A stretch of DNA of 32,000 nucleotides from Candidatus Saccharimonadota bacterium (GTDB lineage Bacteria; Pseudomonadota; Gammaproteobacteria; Enterobacterales; Enterobacteriaceae), in the NCBI RefSeq assembly GCF_000973505.1, contig NZ_CP010048.1:600001-632000 (forward strand), written 5' to 3'. This document shows positions 1 through 10,290 of this stretch, in pieces. A program made the position numbers and the translations under genes. The notes beneath the pieces were generated by a model, which made no database searches, was not told the DNA's origin, and worked only from the letters and a program-made list of their open reading frames with translations. Within the stretch, counting starts at the first letter, position 1. Every line of letters begins with the position of its first letter.

Positions 1-743
1 CTAAAAATATGGATATAAATATCATTAATTTAATTACACACACAATTAAAATTGCAGTAAAAAAATATCAACATATACTAAAACACACTATTTTTCTTGT
101 ATCAATTCTATAAAATCAAAATAAATTATATTTAAATATTATAACAATTCATTATACCATTAAATCAATAAAAAATTCATAAAAATCACATAATGAAAAT
201 ATACTAATAAAAGAATAAATTAAAACAAACTAAACAATAAATATTCCTTAGATCAAGGATCAATATTCTTAATTAACATATTAATTTAAAAATCTTACAA
301 AATATATACAAACTTTATTTATAAATATGATATATAATCAAAAAATTAGATTAATAAACTAATACCAATATAAATTACAGATTTACCTATAAACTAAGCA
401 TTACTTAATTTAATATATATAATGAACATGTAAATGCAATATTTATATTTTATGAATATTCATATTATATTTATTATATTAATTCAAGGAACTATAATTA
501 TTCATAATTAATATTAATAAATCAGCGTTACATTATGAAAAAACAATTTTAAAATACTACCCTTTGAAATTCATTCAATATATAAAACTTAACCAAATAG
601 ATATTCATCTAATAATTTTTAAAATTAATATAAATACAATCATAATATTAATAATAATTATGATATTATTATTTATTAATTAAAAATATGATTTCATAAC
701 CATCACGATAATAATATAAAATTATAAATTAAGTTATATCTTG

Positions 744-772
744 TTTACATTTATGCACATTATCTGTATAAT
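744..772 (+). promoter_or_regulatory. Candidate sigma70 promoter for talA-tkt (TTTACA-17 nt-TATAAT)
   Basis: TTTACA lies at 744-749 and TATAAT at 767-772 with exactly 17-nt spacing, about 150 nt upstream of the talA ATG. TATAAT-like hexamers are common by chance in DNA this AT-rich, so this is weak. Confidence 0.3.
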
Positions 773-924
773 ACGCTTATTTTTCAGTATATAAAACATA
801 AATAACGTTATATTAAATATACGGTATAGTTGATATTTTAACATTTTTATGCACAATATACTGGACAAAAACACATAGTGAATGTTTCTCGTATATTAAT
901 GCTTGCATTCACGAGGCTATATGA

Positions 925-1884
925 ATGAACCAACTAGACAGTTTAAAAAAATTTAGTACCATTGTCGCAGATACTGGAGATATAGAATCAATCCAACGTT
1001 ACGCTCCGCAAGATGCTACCACTAACCCATCATTGCTTTTAAAATCAGTGATGCATAATAAAAAATACCAAAAACTCATAATAAATGCTATATCATATGC
1101 ACAAAAAAAAGGAGGTAATAAAAACAATAAAATATTTAATGCAAGCAGTAAACTAGCAGTAAATATTGGTGCTGAAATATTAAAAAAAATACCAGGGTAC
1201 ATTTCAACTGAAATAGATGCACGTTTTTCTTTTAATTATGAAATGAGCATAAAACATGCTATTAACTTAATTAATATGTACGAAGAACTAAATATTAACA
1301 AAAAAAGAATTTTAATAAAACTAGCTGCAACTTGGGAGGGAATTCAAGCTGCCAACGAATTAAAAAAACATGGAATAAAATGCAATCTAACACTACTATT
1401 CTCGTTTGCACAAGCACAAGCCTGTGCTGAATCTTATGTGTATCTAATTTCTCCATTCGTTGGTCGAATTTATGACTGGTATCATCACAATCAACTATTA
1501 TCACAACCATATAATTGTAATAATGATCCAGGAGTACAAGCAATACATAAAATCTTCTTATATTACAAAAAATACAACTACCCAACGATAATTATGGCAG
1601 CAAGTTTTAGAAACATTGAACAAATAACAGCTTTAGCAGGATGTGATCGACTTACAATATCACCCGATTTATTGGAAATACTACAACATAATAAACACAC
1701 CGTCAAACAAAAATTATTTCCTCCCGATACACAAATAATGAATACACATACACCATTATCTGAAACAGATTTCCATAAAAAACATAACAAAAATACCATG
1801 GCTGTCCAAAAATTACTTGAGGGCATCCATAAATTTTCCACAGATCAACAAAAAATAGAAAAAATCCTTAATAATCTATTATAG
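925..1884 (+). CDS. talA: Transaldolase (class I, TalA/TalB type)
   Basis: 319-aa [53 protein letters not shown] (Schiff-base Lys), [16 protein letters not shown] and [12 protein letters not shown] align along the whole length with E. coli TalA/TalB. GAGG sits 8 nt upstream of the ATG. It is followed directly by tkt, as in the E. coli talA-tktB pair. Confidence 0.95.
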   Translation: MNQLDSLKKFSTIVADTGDIESIQRYAPQDATTNPSLLLKSVMHNKKYQKLIINAISYAQKKGGNKNNKIFNASSKLAVNIGAEILKKIPGYISTEIDARFSFNYEMSIKHAINLINMYEELNINKKRILIKLAATWEGIQAANELKKHGIKCNLTLLFSFAQAQACAESYVYLISPFVGRIYDWYHHNQLLSQPYNCNNDPGVQAIHKIFLYYKKYNYPTIIMAASFRNIEQITALAGCDRLTISPDLLEILQHNKHTVKQKLFPPDTQIMNTHTPLSETDFHKKHNKNTMAVQKLLEGIHKFSTDQQKIEKILNNLL

Positions 1885-1907
1885 TAATCAATCATGGAGA
1901 AAATTTA

Positions 1908-3908
1908 ATGATATTAAGAAAAACTCTAGCAAATGCCATTCGTGTGTTGAGTATAGACGCTATTCAGCATGCTAATTCAGGACATCCAGGCATGCCAATG
2001 GGAATGGCTGATATTGCAGAAGTACTGTGGAGGGACTACATGAACCATAATCCACAAAATCCGACATGGATAAATAGAGATCGATTTATTCTTTCTAACG
2101 GGCATGGAGCAATGTTATTATATTCTCTCTTGCACCTTACTGGATATAATTTGACAATAGAAGATCTAAAACACTTTAGACAATTAAACTCTAAAACCCC
2201 TGGACACCCAGAATGTGGAGAAACAGAAGGAATAGAAATAACTACAGGTCCATTAGGACAAGGAATAGCTAACGCTGTAGGTATGGCTATTGCAGAAAAA
2301 ACACTTGCTGCCCAATTTAACAAAACACCATTTAATATCATCGATCATTATACCTATGTCTTTTTAGGCGACGGATGTATCATGGAAGGGATTTCACATG
2401 AAGCATGCTCCTTGGCTGGAAAACTAAAACTCAACAAATTAATTGCATTTTACGATGATAATAATATTTCAATTGACGGAAATGTGGAAGACTGCTGCAG
2501 TGACGACACTGCAGCACGATTCGAAAGTTATGGTTGGAATGTAATACGAAATATCGACGGACATAACAGTAATAAAATTAAACAAGCTATTGAAAATGCT
2601 AGATCTATACTCAATAAACCTTCATTAATTATATGTAAAACTATTATCGGATATGGTTCGCCTAACAAAAGCGGTAAAAATACTGCACACGGTGCCCCCC
2701 TTGGAGAACATGAAACACTTATTACAAAAAATACACTTAACTGGAAGGAAGAACCATTTATCATACCAGAACATATCTATGAACATTGGAATGCTAAAAT
2801 AGCTGGCCAAAATAAAGAAAATACATGGAATAAAAAATTTTCCGAGTATTCAATCATGTATCCAACACTTGCGATAGAACTTAAACGTCGTATAAATAAA
2901 CAGTTACCAAAAATCTGGAATACACACATCCAAACACATATTGCATCCTTATTAAACCATTCACAAACAATAATATCAACACGGCAAATATCACAAAACA
3001 TACTAGAAATACTCGGGCCAATATTACCAGAATTTTTAGGAGGGTCTGCTGATTTAACATCCAGCAACTTAACAAGTTGGTCACACTCAACACCAATCAC
3101 TAAAAAAATATCTGGAAATTACATCCACTATGGAGTTCGAGAATTCGGAATGACCGCAATTGCAAATGGAATTAGTCATTATGGAGGATTCTTACCATAT
3201 ACTGCAACATTTTTGACATTTACCGGATATGCACAAAATGCCATTCGCATGGCAGCTCTTATGAAAACAAAACATATTATGATTTATACTCATGATTCGA
3301 TTGGTTTAGGAGAAGATGGGCCTACACATCAACCAATAGAACAATTATCAAGTTTGCGCATGATTCCTAATTTGAATATTTGGCGACCATGTGATCAAAT
3401 AGAAACAATAATCGCTTGGAAATCAGCAATTGAAAATTATAACAAACCAACCGCATTAATCTTATCCAGACAAAATTTACCCCAACAACAACATACTTCA
3501 AATCAAATTGAAAACATTGCTAAAGGTGGATATATTCTAAAAGATTGTAAAAACTTACCAACACTAATTATTATTTCCACAGGTTCAGAAATACAATTAG
3601 CAATTGATGCTTATTATATATTAACAAAAAAAGGTTTTGATATACGCGTAGTATCATTACCATCAACAAATACCTTTGATTGCCAAAACAAAGAATATAA
3701 AGAACTCGTATTACCTAAAAAAATAACCAAACGACTTGCTATTGAAGCAAGTAGTAGCGATTATTGGTATAAATACGTTGGATTAAATGGAGCAATCATT
3801 GGTATGAATACATTTGGAAAATCCGCACCATCAAAAGACCTGTTTGAATTTTTTGGATTTACCACTCATACGATAATACAAAAAGCATATGATTTACTAA
3901 ATCAATAA
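1908..3908 (+). CDS. tktB: Transketolase
   Basis: 666-aa ORF collinear with E. coli TktA/TktB. Matching segments include [96 protein letters not shown] and [19 protein letters not shown] sits 8 nt upstream of the ATG. The paralog assignment (tktA versus tktB) rests only on adjacency to tal. Confidence 0.95.
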   Translation: MILRKTLANAIRVLSIDAIQHANSGHPGMPMGMADIAEVLWRDYMNHNPQNPTWINRDRFILSNGHGAMLLYSLLHLTGYNLTIEDLKHFRQLNSKTPGHPECGETEGIEITTGPLGQGIANAVGMAIAEKTLAAQFNKTPFNIIDHYTYVFLGDGCIMEGISHEACSLAGKLKLNKLIAFYDDNNISIDGNVEDCCSDDTAARFESYGWNVIRNIDGHNSNKIKQAIENARSILNKPSLIICKTIIGYGSPNKSGKNTAHGAPLGEHETLITKNTLNWKEEPFIIPEHIYEHWNAKIAGQNKENTWNKKFSEYSIMYPTLAIELKRRINKQLPKIWNTHIQTHIASLLNHSQTIISTRQISQNILEILGPILPEFLGGSADLTSSNLTSWSHSTPITKKISGNYIHYGVREFGMTAIANGISHYGGFLPYTATFLTFTGYAQNAIRMAALMKTKHIMIYTHDSIGLGEDGPTHQPIEQLSSLRMIPNLNIWRPCDQIETIIAWKSAIENYNKPTALILSRQNLPQQQHTSNQIENIAKGGYILKDCKNLPTLIIISTGSEIQLAIDAYYILTKKGFDIRVVSLPSTNTFDCQNKEYKELVLPKKITKRLAIEASSSDYWYKYVGLNGAIIGMNTFGKSAPSKDLFEFFGFTTHTIIQKAYDLLNQ

Positions 3909-3927
3909 ATCACTAAATCAATAAATC
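3896..3927. repeat. Perfect 16-bp tandem duplication (actaaatcaataaatc x2) spanning the tkt stop codon
   Basis: Read directly: 3896-3911 and 3912-3927 are identical. The tkt TAA (3906-3908) lies in copy 1 and is repeated at 3922-3924. Confidence 0.9.
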
Positions 3928-3987
3928 AATTAGTTATTAAATTTAATTAAATAAAAAAATACCATTATATATTTAAACACGATAACC

Positions 3988-4008
3988 ACTCTGGTTGTTG
4001 TCCAGAGT
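3988..4008 (+). terminator. Possible intrinsic terminator hairpin downstream of tkt
   Basis: actctgg (3988-3994) and ccagagt (4002-4008) form a 7-bp stem with a 7-nt loop. It is the only G+C-containing hairpin in the tkt-dapE spacer, about 80 nt after the stop. The trailing sequence (tattacac) is only weakly T-rich. Confidence 0.3.
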
Positions 4009-4126
4009 TATTACACACCACAATAACATAAGGTACAAACTAACAACTTTCCCACAAATTTTTGCATCATATATACAAAATACCAAAACTTCATATAAAA
4101 CATAAAAAAAGATTTTACAATAAAAT

Positions 4127-5254
4127 ATGCAAAAAATAATACAACTAGCTCAAAAATTAATCAATATACCATCTTTAAGTCCAAATGACGCAGGATGCCA
4201 AAAATTAATAATCAAAAAACTAAAAAAACTAAAATTTAATATAGAACTTATGCCATTTAAAAACACAACTAACTTATGGGCATCTCGAGGAACAGGAACA
4301 ACTCTAACTTTCGCTGGACATACTGATATAGTCCCACCCGGAAACATTGATGACTGGACATTTCCGCCATTTGAAGGAACAATAAATAATAATGTATTAT
4401 ACGGACGGGGTGCAACAGATATGAAAGGATCTTTAGCTGCTATGATAATAGCAGCCGAGAGCTTTATCACGCAACATCCAAATCATCAAGGCAAATTATC
4501 ATTTCTTATCACTTCTGATGAAGAAGGAGAAGCTATATACGGAACAAAAAAAATTATAGAAACATTAATCAATAGACACGAAAAAATAGACTACTGTTTA
4601 TTGGGAGAACCTTCTAGCTGCAATCAATTAGGTGATACCATTAAAAATGGTAGACGTGGATCATTAACAGCTAAAATAACAATTCACGGTATACAAGGAC
4701 ACGTAGCTTACCCAAATTTGGCAAAAAATCCAATACATATAGCTATTACGCAAGGATTAAATACACTGATTAATACTATATGGGATCACGGAAACAATAT
4801 TTTCCCCGCAACAACCATGCAAATAAGCAGTATCCGCTCAGGAATACACAGTAACATTATTCCTAGTCAAATCGACATTGAATGCAATTTTCGATTCAAT
4901 AATATATCTACACCACACAAAATACAAGATAAAGTAAATAACATTATGAAAAAACATAATTTAACATACAATATCAACTGGTATCTTATGGCTACACCCT
5001 ACTTTAGCCATCCGGGAAAATTAATGCATGCTACAATAAAAAGTATCGAACACTTTCAAAAAATAAAACCAAAATTAGACACCAGTGGTGGAACATCAGA
5101 TGGACGATTTATAAAAAAAATTGGAGCAGAAATAATAGAATTAGGAACCATAAATCAAACAATGCATAAAATAAATGAATGCGTAAACACTATCGACCTA
5201 AAAACATTAAGTAAAATATACAAAAATATTATAGAACGTGTTTTATTATCATAA
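4127..5254 (+). CDS. dapE: Succinyl-diaminopimelate desuccinylase
   Basis: 375-aa ORF collinear with E. coli DapE. Matching segments include PSLSPNDAGCQ, FAGHTDIVPPG, GRGATDMKGSLAAM, FLITSDEEGE, LLGEPSS, KNGRRGSLT, IHGIQGHVAYP, GGTSDGRF and MHKINECV. The metal-ligand positions are conserved. Confidence 0.95.
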   Translation: MQKIIQLAQKLINIPSLSPNDAGCQKLIIKKLKKLKFNIELMPFKNTTNLWASRGTGTTLTFAGHTDIVPPGNIDDWTFPPFEGTINNNVLYGRGATDMKGSLAAMIIAAESFITQHPNHQGKLSFLITSDEEGEAIYGTKKIIETLINRHEKIDYCLLGEPSSCNQLGDTIKNGRRGSLTAKITIHGIQGHVAYPNLAKNPIHIAITQGLNTLINTIWDHGNNIFPATTMQISSIRSGIHSNIIPSQIDIECNFRFNNISTPHKIQDKVNNIMKKHNLTYNINWYLMATPYFSHPGKLMHATIKSIEHFQKIKPKLDTSGGTSDGRFIKKIGAEIIELGTINQTMHKINECVNTIDLKTLSKIYKNIIERVLLS

Positions 5255-5336
5255 ATTACAGATATATACCTATGATCTATATTATACACCTCTTGAATTA
5301 TTCTTGACTATTATTCTATTTTTATAAAAAAGTTTT

Positions 5337-5597
5337 TTAATACGCAACATTAGGCGGACAAATATCCAATTTCTTACCAACATTGACAGAATTTTTATCA
5401 AAAATAACACCACCAGAAGGACTACCTACCTCGTAAGTAGGATTCGAGGGTGGCAATATCATACCATTAGGTACACAAATGCTGGATAATGGAGCTGAAT
5501 ACAAATAATCTTCATTTCCATTTATTCTACATATATCAGGCATAGTCCGAGTACAAGATACAATACATACTATAAAAAAAATAAAAATTAATTTCAT
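5337..5597 (-). CDS. bamC: Severely truncated BamC (NlpB) lipoprotein: signal peptide, lipobox and N-terminal BamD-binding segment only
   Basis: It lies immediately downstream of dapA, as in the E. coli dapA-bamC pair. From the internal ATG at 5597 the product begins [15 protein letters not shown] (basic residue, hydrophobic stretch, Cys). [25 protein letters not shown]...[10 protein letters not shown] aligns with E. coli BamC [25 protein letters not shown]...VGKALDIRPP. The ORF-track start at 5621 is a TTG extension. The gene ends 82 bp from the converging dapE stop, leaving no room for the two helix-grip domains. Confidence 0.75.
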   Translation of the reverse strand: [86 protein letters not shown]

Positions 5598-5659
5598 AAA
5601 GTTTATAAAACTATTAACCAATAACTAATATAATGTTTTACCTATTAAATCATAAATAA

Positions 5660-6544
5660 TTATAATGATAATAAACGAAGATTAATTAATATTTGTTTTA
5701 ACACATCCGTATAATCCGCTGATAAAGATGTAAGAGGTAAACGTAAAGTAGCACATTTAATTAATCCAACAGCCCATGCGGCCCATTTCACCGGTATGGG
5801 ATTAGACTCAAGAAACAAAGCACGATGTAAAGGCATCAAGCGCGCATTAATAGAACGAGCAGACAAAAAATTTCCTGTAAGCGCAAATTTACACAAGTTC
5901 ACCATTTCTTGTGGAACTATATTAGCTGTAACTGAAATCACTCCGTGACCCCCAAGTTGCATAAAATCCAATGCAGTAATATCATCTCCACTAAATAATA
6001 AAAAATCATCATCTACTACCTCTTTCAATTGATTCACACGACTTAAATCACCAGTTGCTTCTTTAATACCTACTATATTTTTTATTGCCGATAATCTAGA
6101 AACAGTGACAGGCAATATATCACACCCAGTTCTAACTGGAACATTATATAAAATTTGAGGTAAATCAGTAGATTCAGAAATTGCTTTAAAATGCTGAAAT
6201 AACCCTTCTTGTGTGGGTCTATTATAATAAGGTGCAACACTTAAACAAGCTGCTATATCAGTACCATTAAATTGTCGCGTCAACAAAACTGCTTCAGATG
6301 TCGAATTAGCACCAGTCCCTGCAATAACAGGAACCCGTCCATCACTGATATCCAATGTCCACATAACCATATCAGCATGTTCCGTATGACTCAGCCCAGA
6401 CATTTCACCAGTAGTCCCTACTGATACAATCGCCGAAGTACCACTAAACACATGATAATCAATTAACTTTTTTAAACTAATCCGATCGATATTACCTCTC
6501 TCATCCATCGGAGTAATTAACGCTACTATACTCCCAGATAACAT
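5660..6544 (-). CDS. dapA: 4-hydroxy-tetrahydrodipicolinate synthase
   Basis: Collinear with E. coli DapA. Matching segments include [100 protein letters not shown] and NPIPVKWA. The track start at 6565 is a TTG. The ATG at 6544 (MLSGSIVA...) matches the E. coli N-terminus and is preceded by AGAGGA (6555-6560) at 10-nt spacing. Confidence 0.93.
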   Translation of the reverse strand: MLSGSIVALITPMDERGNIDRISLKKLIDYHVFSGTSAIVSVGTTGEMSGLSHTEHADMVMWTLDISDGRVPVIAGTGANSTSEAVLLTRQFNGTDIAACLSVAPYYNRPTQEGLFQHFKAISESTDLPQILYNVPVRTGCDILPVTVSRLSAIKNIVGIKEATGDLSRVNQLKEVVDDDFLLFSGDDITALDFMQLGGHGVISVTANIVPQEMVNLCKFALTGNFLSARSINARLMPLHRALFLESNPIPVKWAAWAVGLIKCATLRLPLTSLSADYTDVLKQILINLRLLSL

Positions 6545-7484
6545 TATCGTTTTTTCCTCTTTCAATAAAAAAATATCAATGACAATAATAAAAACAATTC
6601 ACCTCCTGCTATTATATGAAAATACATATCCTATATATAAATCCAATTCACCATTACCCAATAATATAAAAACACTATTACATTATAGAAGTAATCTTTG
6701 CTAACTAAAATATACTTTTAAACTAATGCACTCAAAATACAACTATCGATAATAAACTATTATATTTTTTAATGTAGATATATACTTATCACACGATATA
6801 TAATGTAATAATAATATAAACATCGTGTTCTTATAATAAGAACGATACTATATTATTGAAAATATAACAAAACTCCATTTAATACATTAAATATCGAACA
6901 TTACAACAACATTCTTCAATACACTAACAAACAATCTATTATAACATATGAAACATATCAAAAAATATTATCTTAAAACTTCAGCAACAATATATAAAAG
7001 AAACATATAATAAAAATATAATAATATAATTCCAAAAAATAAAAAAAATTTATGATAAAAAAGATTATCTGTATTACAATTATATTATATTTTATACAAC
7101 AAAAAACACGAAAAAAATGAAATTTTACTAAAATACAAACTTTTTGAAAATTTTAACAATATCTAAAAACAAATAAACATTTCATCTAATGAACTCACTA
7201 ATATATCCACACTAACTAATATTATATCCACAAAAAAATATTACCATATCCCTGTACAACAAAAAATAATAACAAATTAACAAAATAAAGATCACACATC
7301 ATACTTTAATGACCTAATAAAACAAACACTTACATATAACAAAATTTTATTATTAATATTAAACTAAACAACCATAACAATTTAATATTTAATGTTTAAT
7401 ATAAGATAACAATCAATTTTACTTTAACCTAATAGATAATTGATATAATGATATAATAAATAAAAAAACACACACTTAATGTAA

Positions 7485-8111
7485 TTATTCAGTACCAAAT
7501 ATCTTGTCACCTGCATCCCCTAAACCAGGAATAATATAACCTGAAGCATTTAATCTCTGATCAATAGCTCCCAAATATAATTCAACATCTGGATGCATAT
7601 TCTCTAAAGCTAAAATACCCTCAGGAGCTGCTACTAATGCTAATACTTTAATACTCCGACAACCAGCTTTTTTCAATAAATCAACAGCAGCAATCATTGA
7701 TCCACCAGTAGCCAACATAGGATCCAATATTATAGCCATGCGTTCATTAATATTTGAAACCAACTTATGAAAATAAGGAATTGCTTTCAAAGTAATTTCA
7801 TCACGATATATACCTACCATACTAATTCGTGCATTAGGCATATTTTCTAAAACACCACCCATCATCCCCAATCCTGCTCGTAAAATTGGAACAACAGTAA
7901 TTTTTTTACCTTTAATACGCTCAATATTAACCAAGCCGCACCAACCTCTAATAGTTACAGTTTCAATTTCTAAATCCGACGTTGCCACATATGTCAACAA
8001 ACTTCCAATTTCTGCAGATAACTCACGAAAACGCTTTGTGCTAATACCCTGCGCGCGCATCAAACCAAGTTTATGTTTTACCAACGGATGCTTAACCTCA
8101 ACAATTTTCAT
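7485..8111 (-). CDS. upp: Uracil phosphoribosyltransferase
   Basis: 208-aa ORF nearly collinear with E. coli Upp. Matching segments include [54 protein letters not shown] and [16 protein letters not shown]. Confidence 0.96.
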   Translation of the reverse strand: MKIVEVKHPLVKHKLGLMRAQGISTKRFRELSAEIGSLLTYVATSDLEIETVTIRGWCGLVNIERIKGKKITVVPILRAGLGMMGGVLENMPNARISMVGIYRDEITLKAIPYFHKLVSNINERMAIILDPMLATGGSMIAAVDLLKKAGCRSIKVLALVAAPEGILALENMHPDVELYLGAIDQRLNASGYIIPGLGDAGDKIFGTE

Positions 8112-8161
8112 GCTATTTACTCTTCGGTATAAGACAACACTACAACTGTGAGACGATTATT

Positions 8162-8189
8162 ATTATAATATATACTGGCACCATACCAA
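8162..8189 (-). promoter_or_regulatory. Candidate sigma70 promoter for upp (TTGGTA-16 nt-TATAAT on the - strand)
   Basis: On the - strand, TTGGTA (plus coordinates 8184-8189) and TATAAT (8162-8167) are 16 nt apart, about 50 nt upstream of the upp ATG. A GAAGAG Shine-Dalgarno-like element lies near -13. The chance expectation is high in AT-rich DNA. Confidence 0.3.
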
Positions 8190-8463
8190 AATATATTATC
8201 TTATAAAATACCTCATTATAAATTCAAAATATCATCACTTTTAGTACACACCATACTACTGTCATGGTAATAAATTTTAAATAAATTATCTTTTAAATCA
8301 ATTAGAATACATCATAATGCTAATAATATCAAATCTCTATTAAAATAATCAAAACCACTCAGTCAAAAGTTTCAACATACTGCGCAATTTAACAACATGT
8401 AACAACCAAGTATTTTCATGTAAACGAAAAACAAATATAAAAACAAATATAATATACAAAAAC

Positions 8464-9078
8464 TTATTTCATAAAATCACAAAACTTCTGCACAACAAAA
8501 TCAACAATTACATCAACACCAACCCCCGTCTTTAAATTAGTAAACCCCCATGAACCATGAGCACGTATACGAGTAATATCCGTTTCCATCACTACTAACG
8601 AAGCCCCTACATATGAAGATAAATCCATCTTATTAACTACCAAAAAATCAGAACGAGCAATACCTGGACCACCCTTTCTCGGAATTTTATCTCCTCCCGC
8701 TACATCAATAACATACAAACTCAAATCTACCAATTCTGGACTAAACATCGCACTTAAATTATCACCACCACTTTCAATAAAAATAATATCTAAATTTTTA
8801 AACCTATTAATTAACCCTTCAATAGCTAATAAATTCATTGAAGCATCCTCACGAATAGCAGTATGAGGACAACAACCAGTTTCTATACCAATAATACGAT
8901 CACTATTTAAAGCACCAGATTTAATTAAAATACGCTGATCTTCTTTAGTATAAATATCATTAGTAATGACTGCCAATTGATACTGATGACGCATCTTTTT
9001 ACATAATTTTTCGATTAACTCAGTTTTACCAGTCCCTACTGGACCACCAACACCAACACGAAATGGTTTTTCACTCAT
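8464..9078 (-). CDS. ureG: Urease accessory GTPase UreG
   Basis: Matching segments include the P-loop [45 protein letters not shown] (CPH Ni-binding motif), [21 protein letters not shown] and [10 protein letters not shown]. The track start at 9090 is a TTG. The ATG at 9078 ([12 protein letters not shown]) fits the usual UreG N-terminal length. Confidence 0.95.
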   Translation of the reverse strand: MSEKPFRVGVGGPVGTGKTELIEKLCKKMRHQYQLAVITNDIYTKEDQRILIKSGALNSDRIIGIETGCCPHTAIREDASMNLLAIEGLINRFKNLDIIFIESGGDNLSAMFSPELVDLSLYVIDVAGGDKIPRKGGPGIARSDFLVVNKMDLSSYVGASLVVMETDITRIRAHGSWGFTNLKTGVGVDVIVDFVVQKFCDFMK

Positions 9079-9112
9079 AAACACCACCAAAATTTTTGAT
9101 TATACAGTAATA

Positions 9113-9154
9113 TATCATTCATTAATATATAAATATTATTCATTAATATATAAA
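9113..9154. repeat. 21-bp tandem duplication in the ureF-ureG spacer (tat[c/t]attcattaatatataaa x2)
   Basis: Read directly: 9113-9133 and 9134-9154 differ at one position, and the 17-bp core attcattaatatataaa is identical in both copies. Confidence 0.9.
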
Positions 9155-9187
9155 ACACTACACCAACACTATATGTATAAATAAACC

Positions 9188-9898
9188 TCAAGAACGAAAC
9201 AAACGAGAATCTTGTACTTCATGACATGACGAAGAAATCCCCTGAAATGGAAAACTATTACCCAATTCATTATCTGTAATTAAAACAGATTGTCTTAAAA
9301 TTTCCGGCAATAATTTCAAAAAATACATTATTAGCTGCTGCGCTACAAATTGACCAAAAAGAAGCAATTTTAACCCTGATATAACATTATTCTCTATATA
9401 ACTATATGAATAACCTACACATAAAATATTAACGGGAATTTTCCACACACATCCCATCCAAGCAATACCTGCTAATATACTTTTCTTTAAAATTAATTCC
9501 CAACAACTATCTAATGATAACCCTAACTTATACATTAACTGAACAATCACTTTTCCACGATCCTGTTCCTCCATCCGTAATTCATACGTTTCACGAAAAG
9601 ATAAAAGTTGTTCTAAATAATACCAAAAACGATCAATATCATTACACATGATACAATCATAAAAACGATAAAGTATCGGTAAATCTAAATACACTAACTG
9701 ACTATTCATTAATTCCTTCTGCCACACGATAAACTCAGCTACAGAACATACCCAATTACGGCTTACTGCTAATTCTAAACCGTGAGAATAACTAAAATTT
9801 CCCAATGGGGCATGAACACTAAACAACTGCATGAAACGCAATAAAATATTTACATTAAAAAAATCTATATCTTCTAATAAACAAAACTTCTTATTCAT
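9188..9898 (-). CDS. ureF: Urease accessory protein UreF
   Basis: 236-aa ORF. LLRFMQLFSVHAPLGNFSYSHGLELAV..NWV matches the conserved UreF N-terminal motif (LMQL.S...P.G.....GLE.AV), and the length and position before ureG fit. The start is an ATG. Confidence 0.85.
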   Translation of the reverse strand: MNKKFCLLEDIDFFNVNILLRFMQLFSVHAPLGNFSYSHGLELAVSRNWVCSVAEFIVWQKELMNSQLVYLDLPILYRFYDCIMCNDIDRFWYYLEQLLSFRETYELRMEEQDRGKVIVQLMYKLGLSLDSCWELILKKSILAGIAWMGCVWKIPVNILCVGYSYSYIENNVISGLKLLLFGQFVAQQLIMYFLKLLPEILRQSVLITDNELGNSFPFQGISSSCHEVQDSRLFRS

Positions 9899-10290
9899 AT
9901 TTTGTATAAATATAACATGACAATAATTTTTTTATTTATATAGTTTGTATATAAATCAAAAAATATATAACAGCAATCTTTAATATACTATTGAATCATA
10001 AAATCTCATAATACAAATCAAACACTCACAAAAAATAAAAACACACTAAAACCATACTTTTACAACACATCAACTAAATTGATAACACATTGGCATCTCT
10101 AACAACAACCACTACATAATAAAATAAAAAATTCCATAACAAATTAAATTAATAAATGCTTAAAATTATTTAAACTTCCCCGCGTTCCAATGTAAAATTT
10201 GGAAACTTTTGTTTAACAAAGCAAATATTACCAATTAATTTCAATTAATAAATCAAATCAAAATATGATGATAACACAAAGATATCACAA

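Noticed and set aside
638-667. AT-rich inverted repeat (atcataat ... attatgat) upstream of talA, and the 10-bp palindrome atgatatcat at 26209-26218
   Set aside because: Short all-A/T palindromes are expected frequently at this composition. There is no associated gene boundary logic or conservation evidence.
999-3100. Antisense ORFs inside talA and tkt (999-1202, 1295-1585, 1578-1841, 2036-2341, 2528-2764, 2625-2810, 2777-3100, 2881-3096). The same type occurs inside dapE, ureC, mqo, hisS, rlmN, iscS and suhB.
   Set aside because: Each overlaps a strongly supported conserved gene on the opposite strand. Their products are low-complexity (Phe/Leu/Ile/Cys-rich or Asn/Thr/Ser-rich) and have no recognisable motifs. 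They are typical shadow ORFs in AT-rich DNA.
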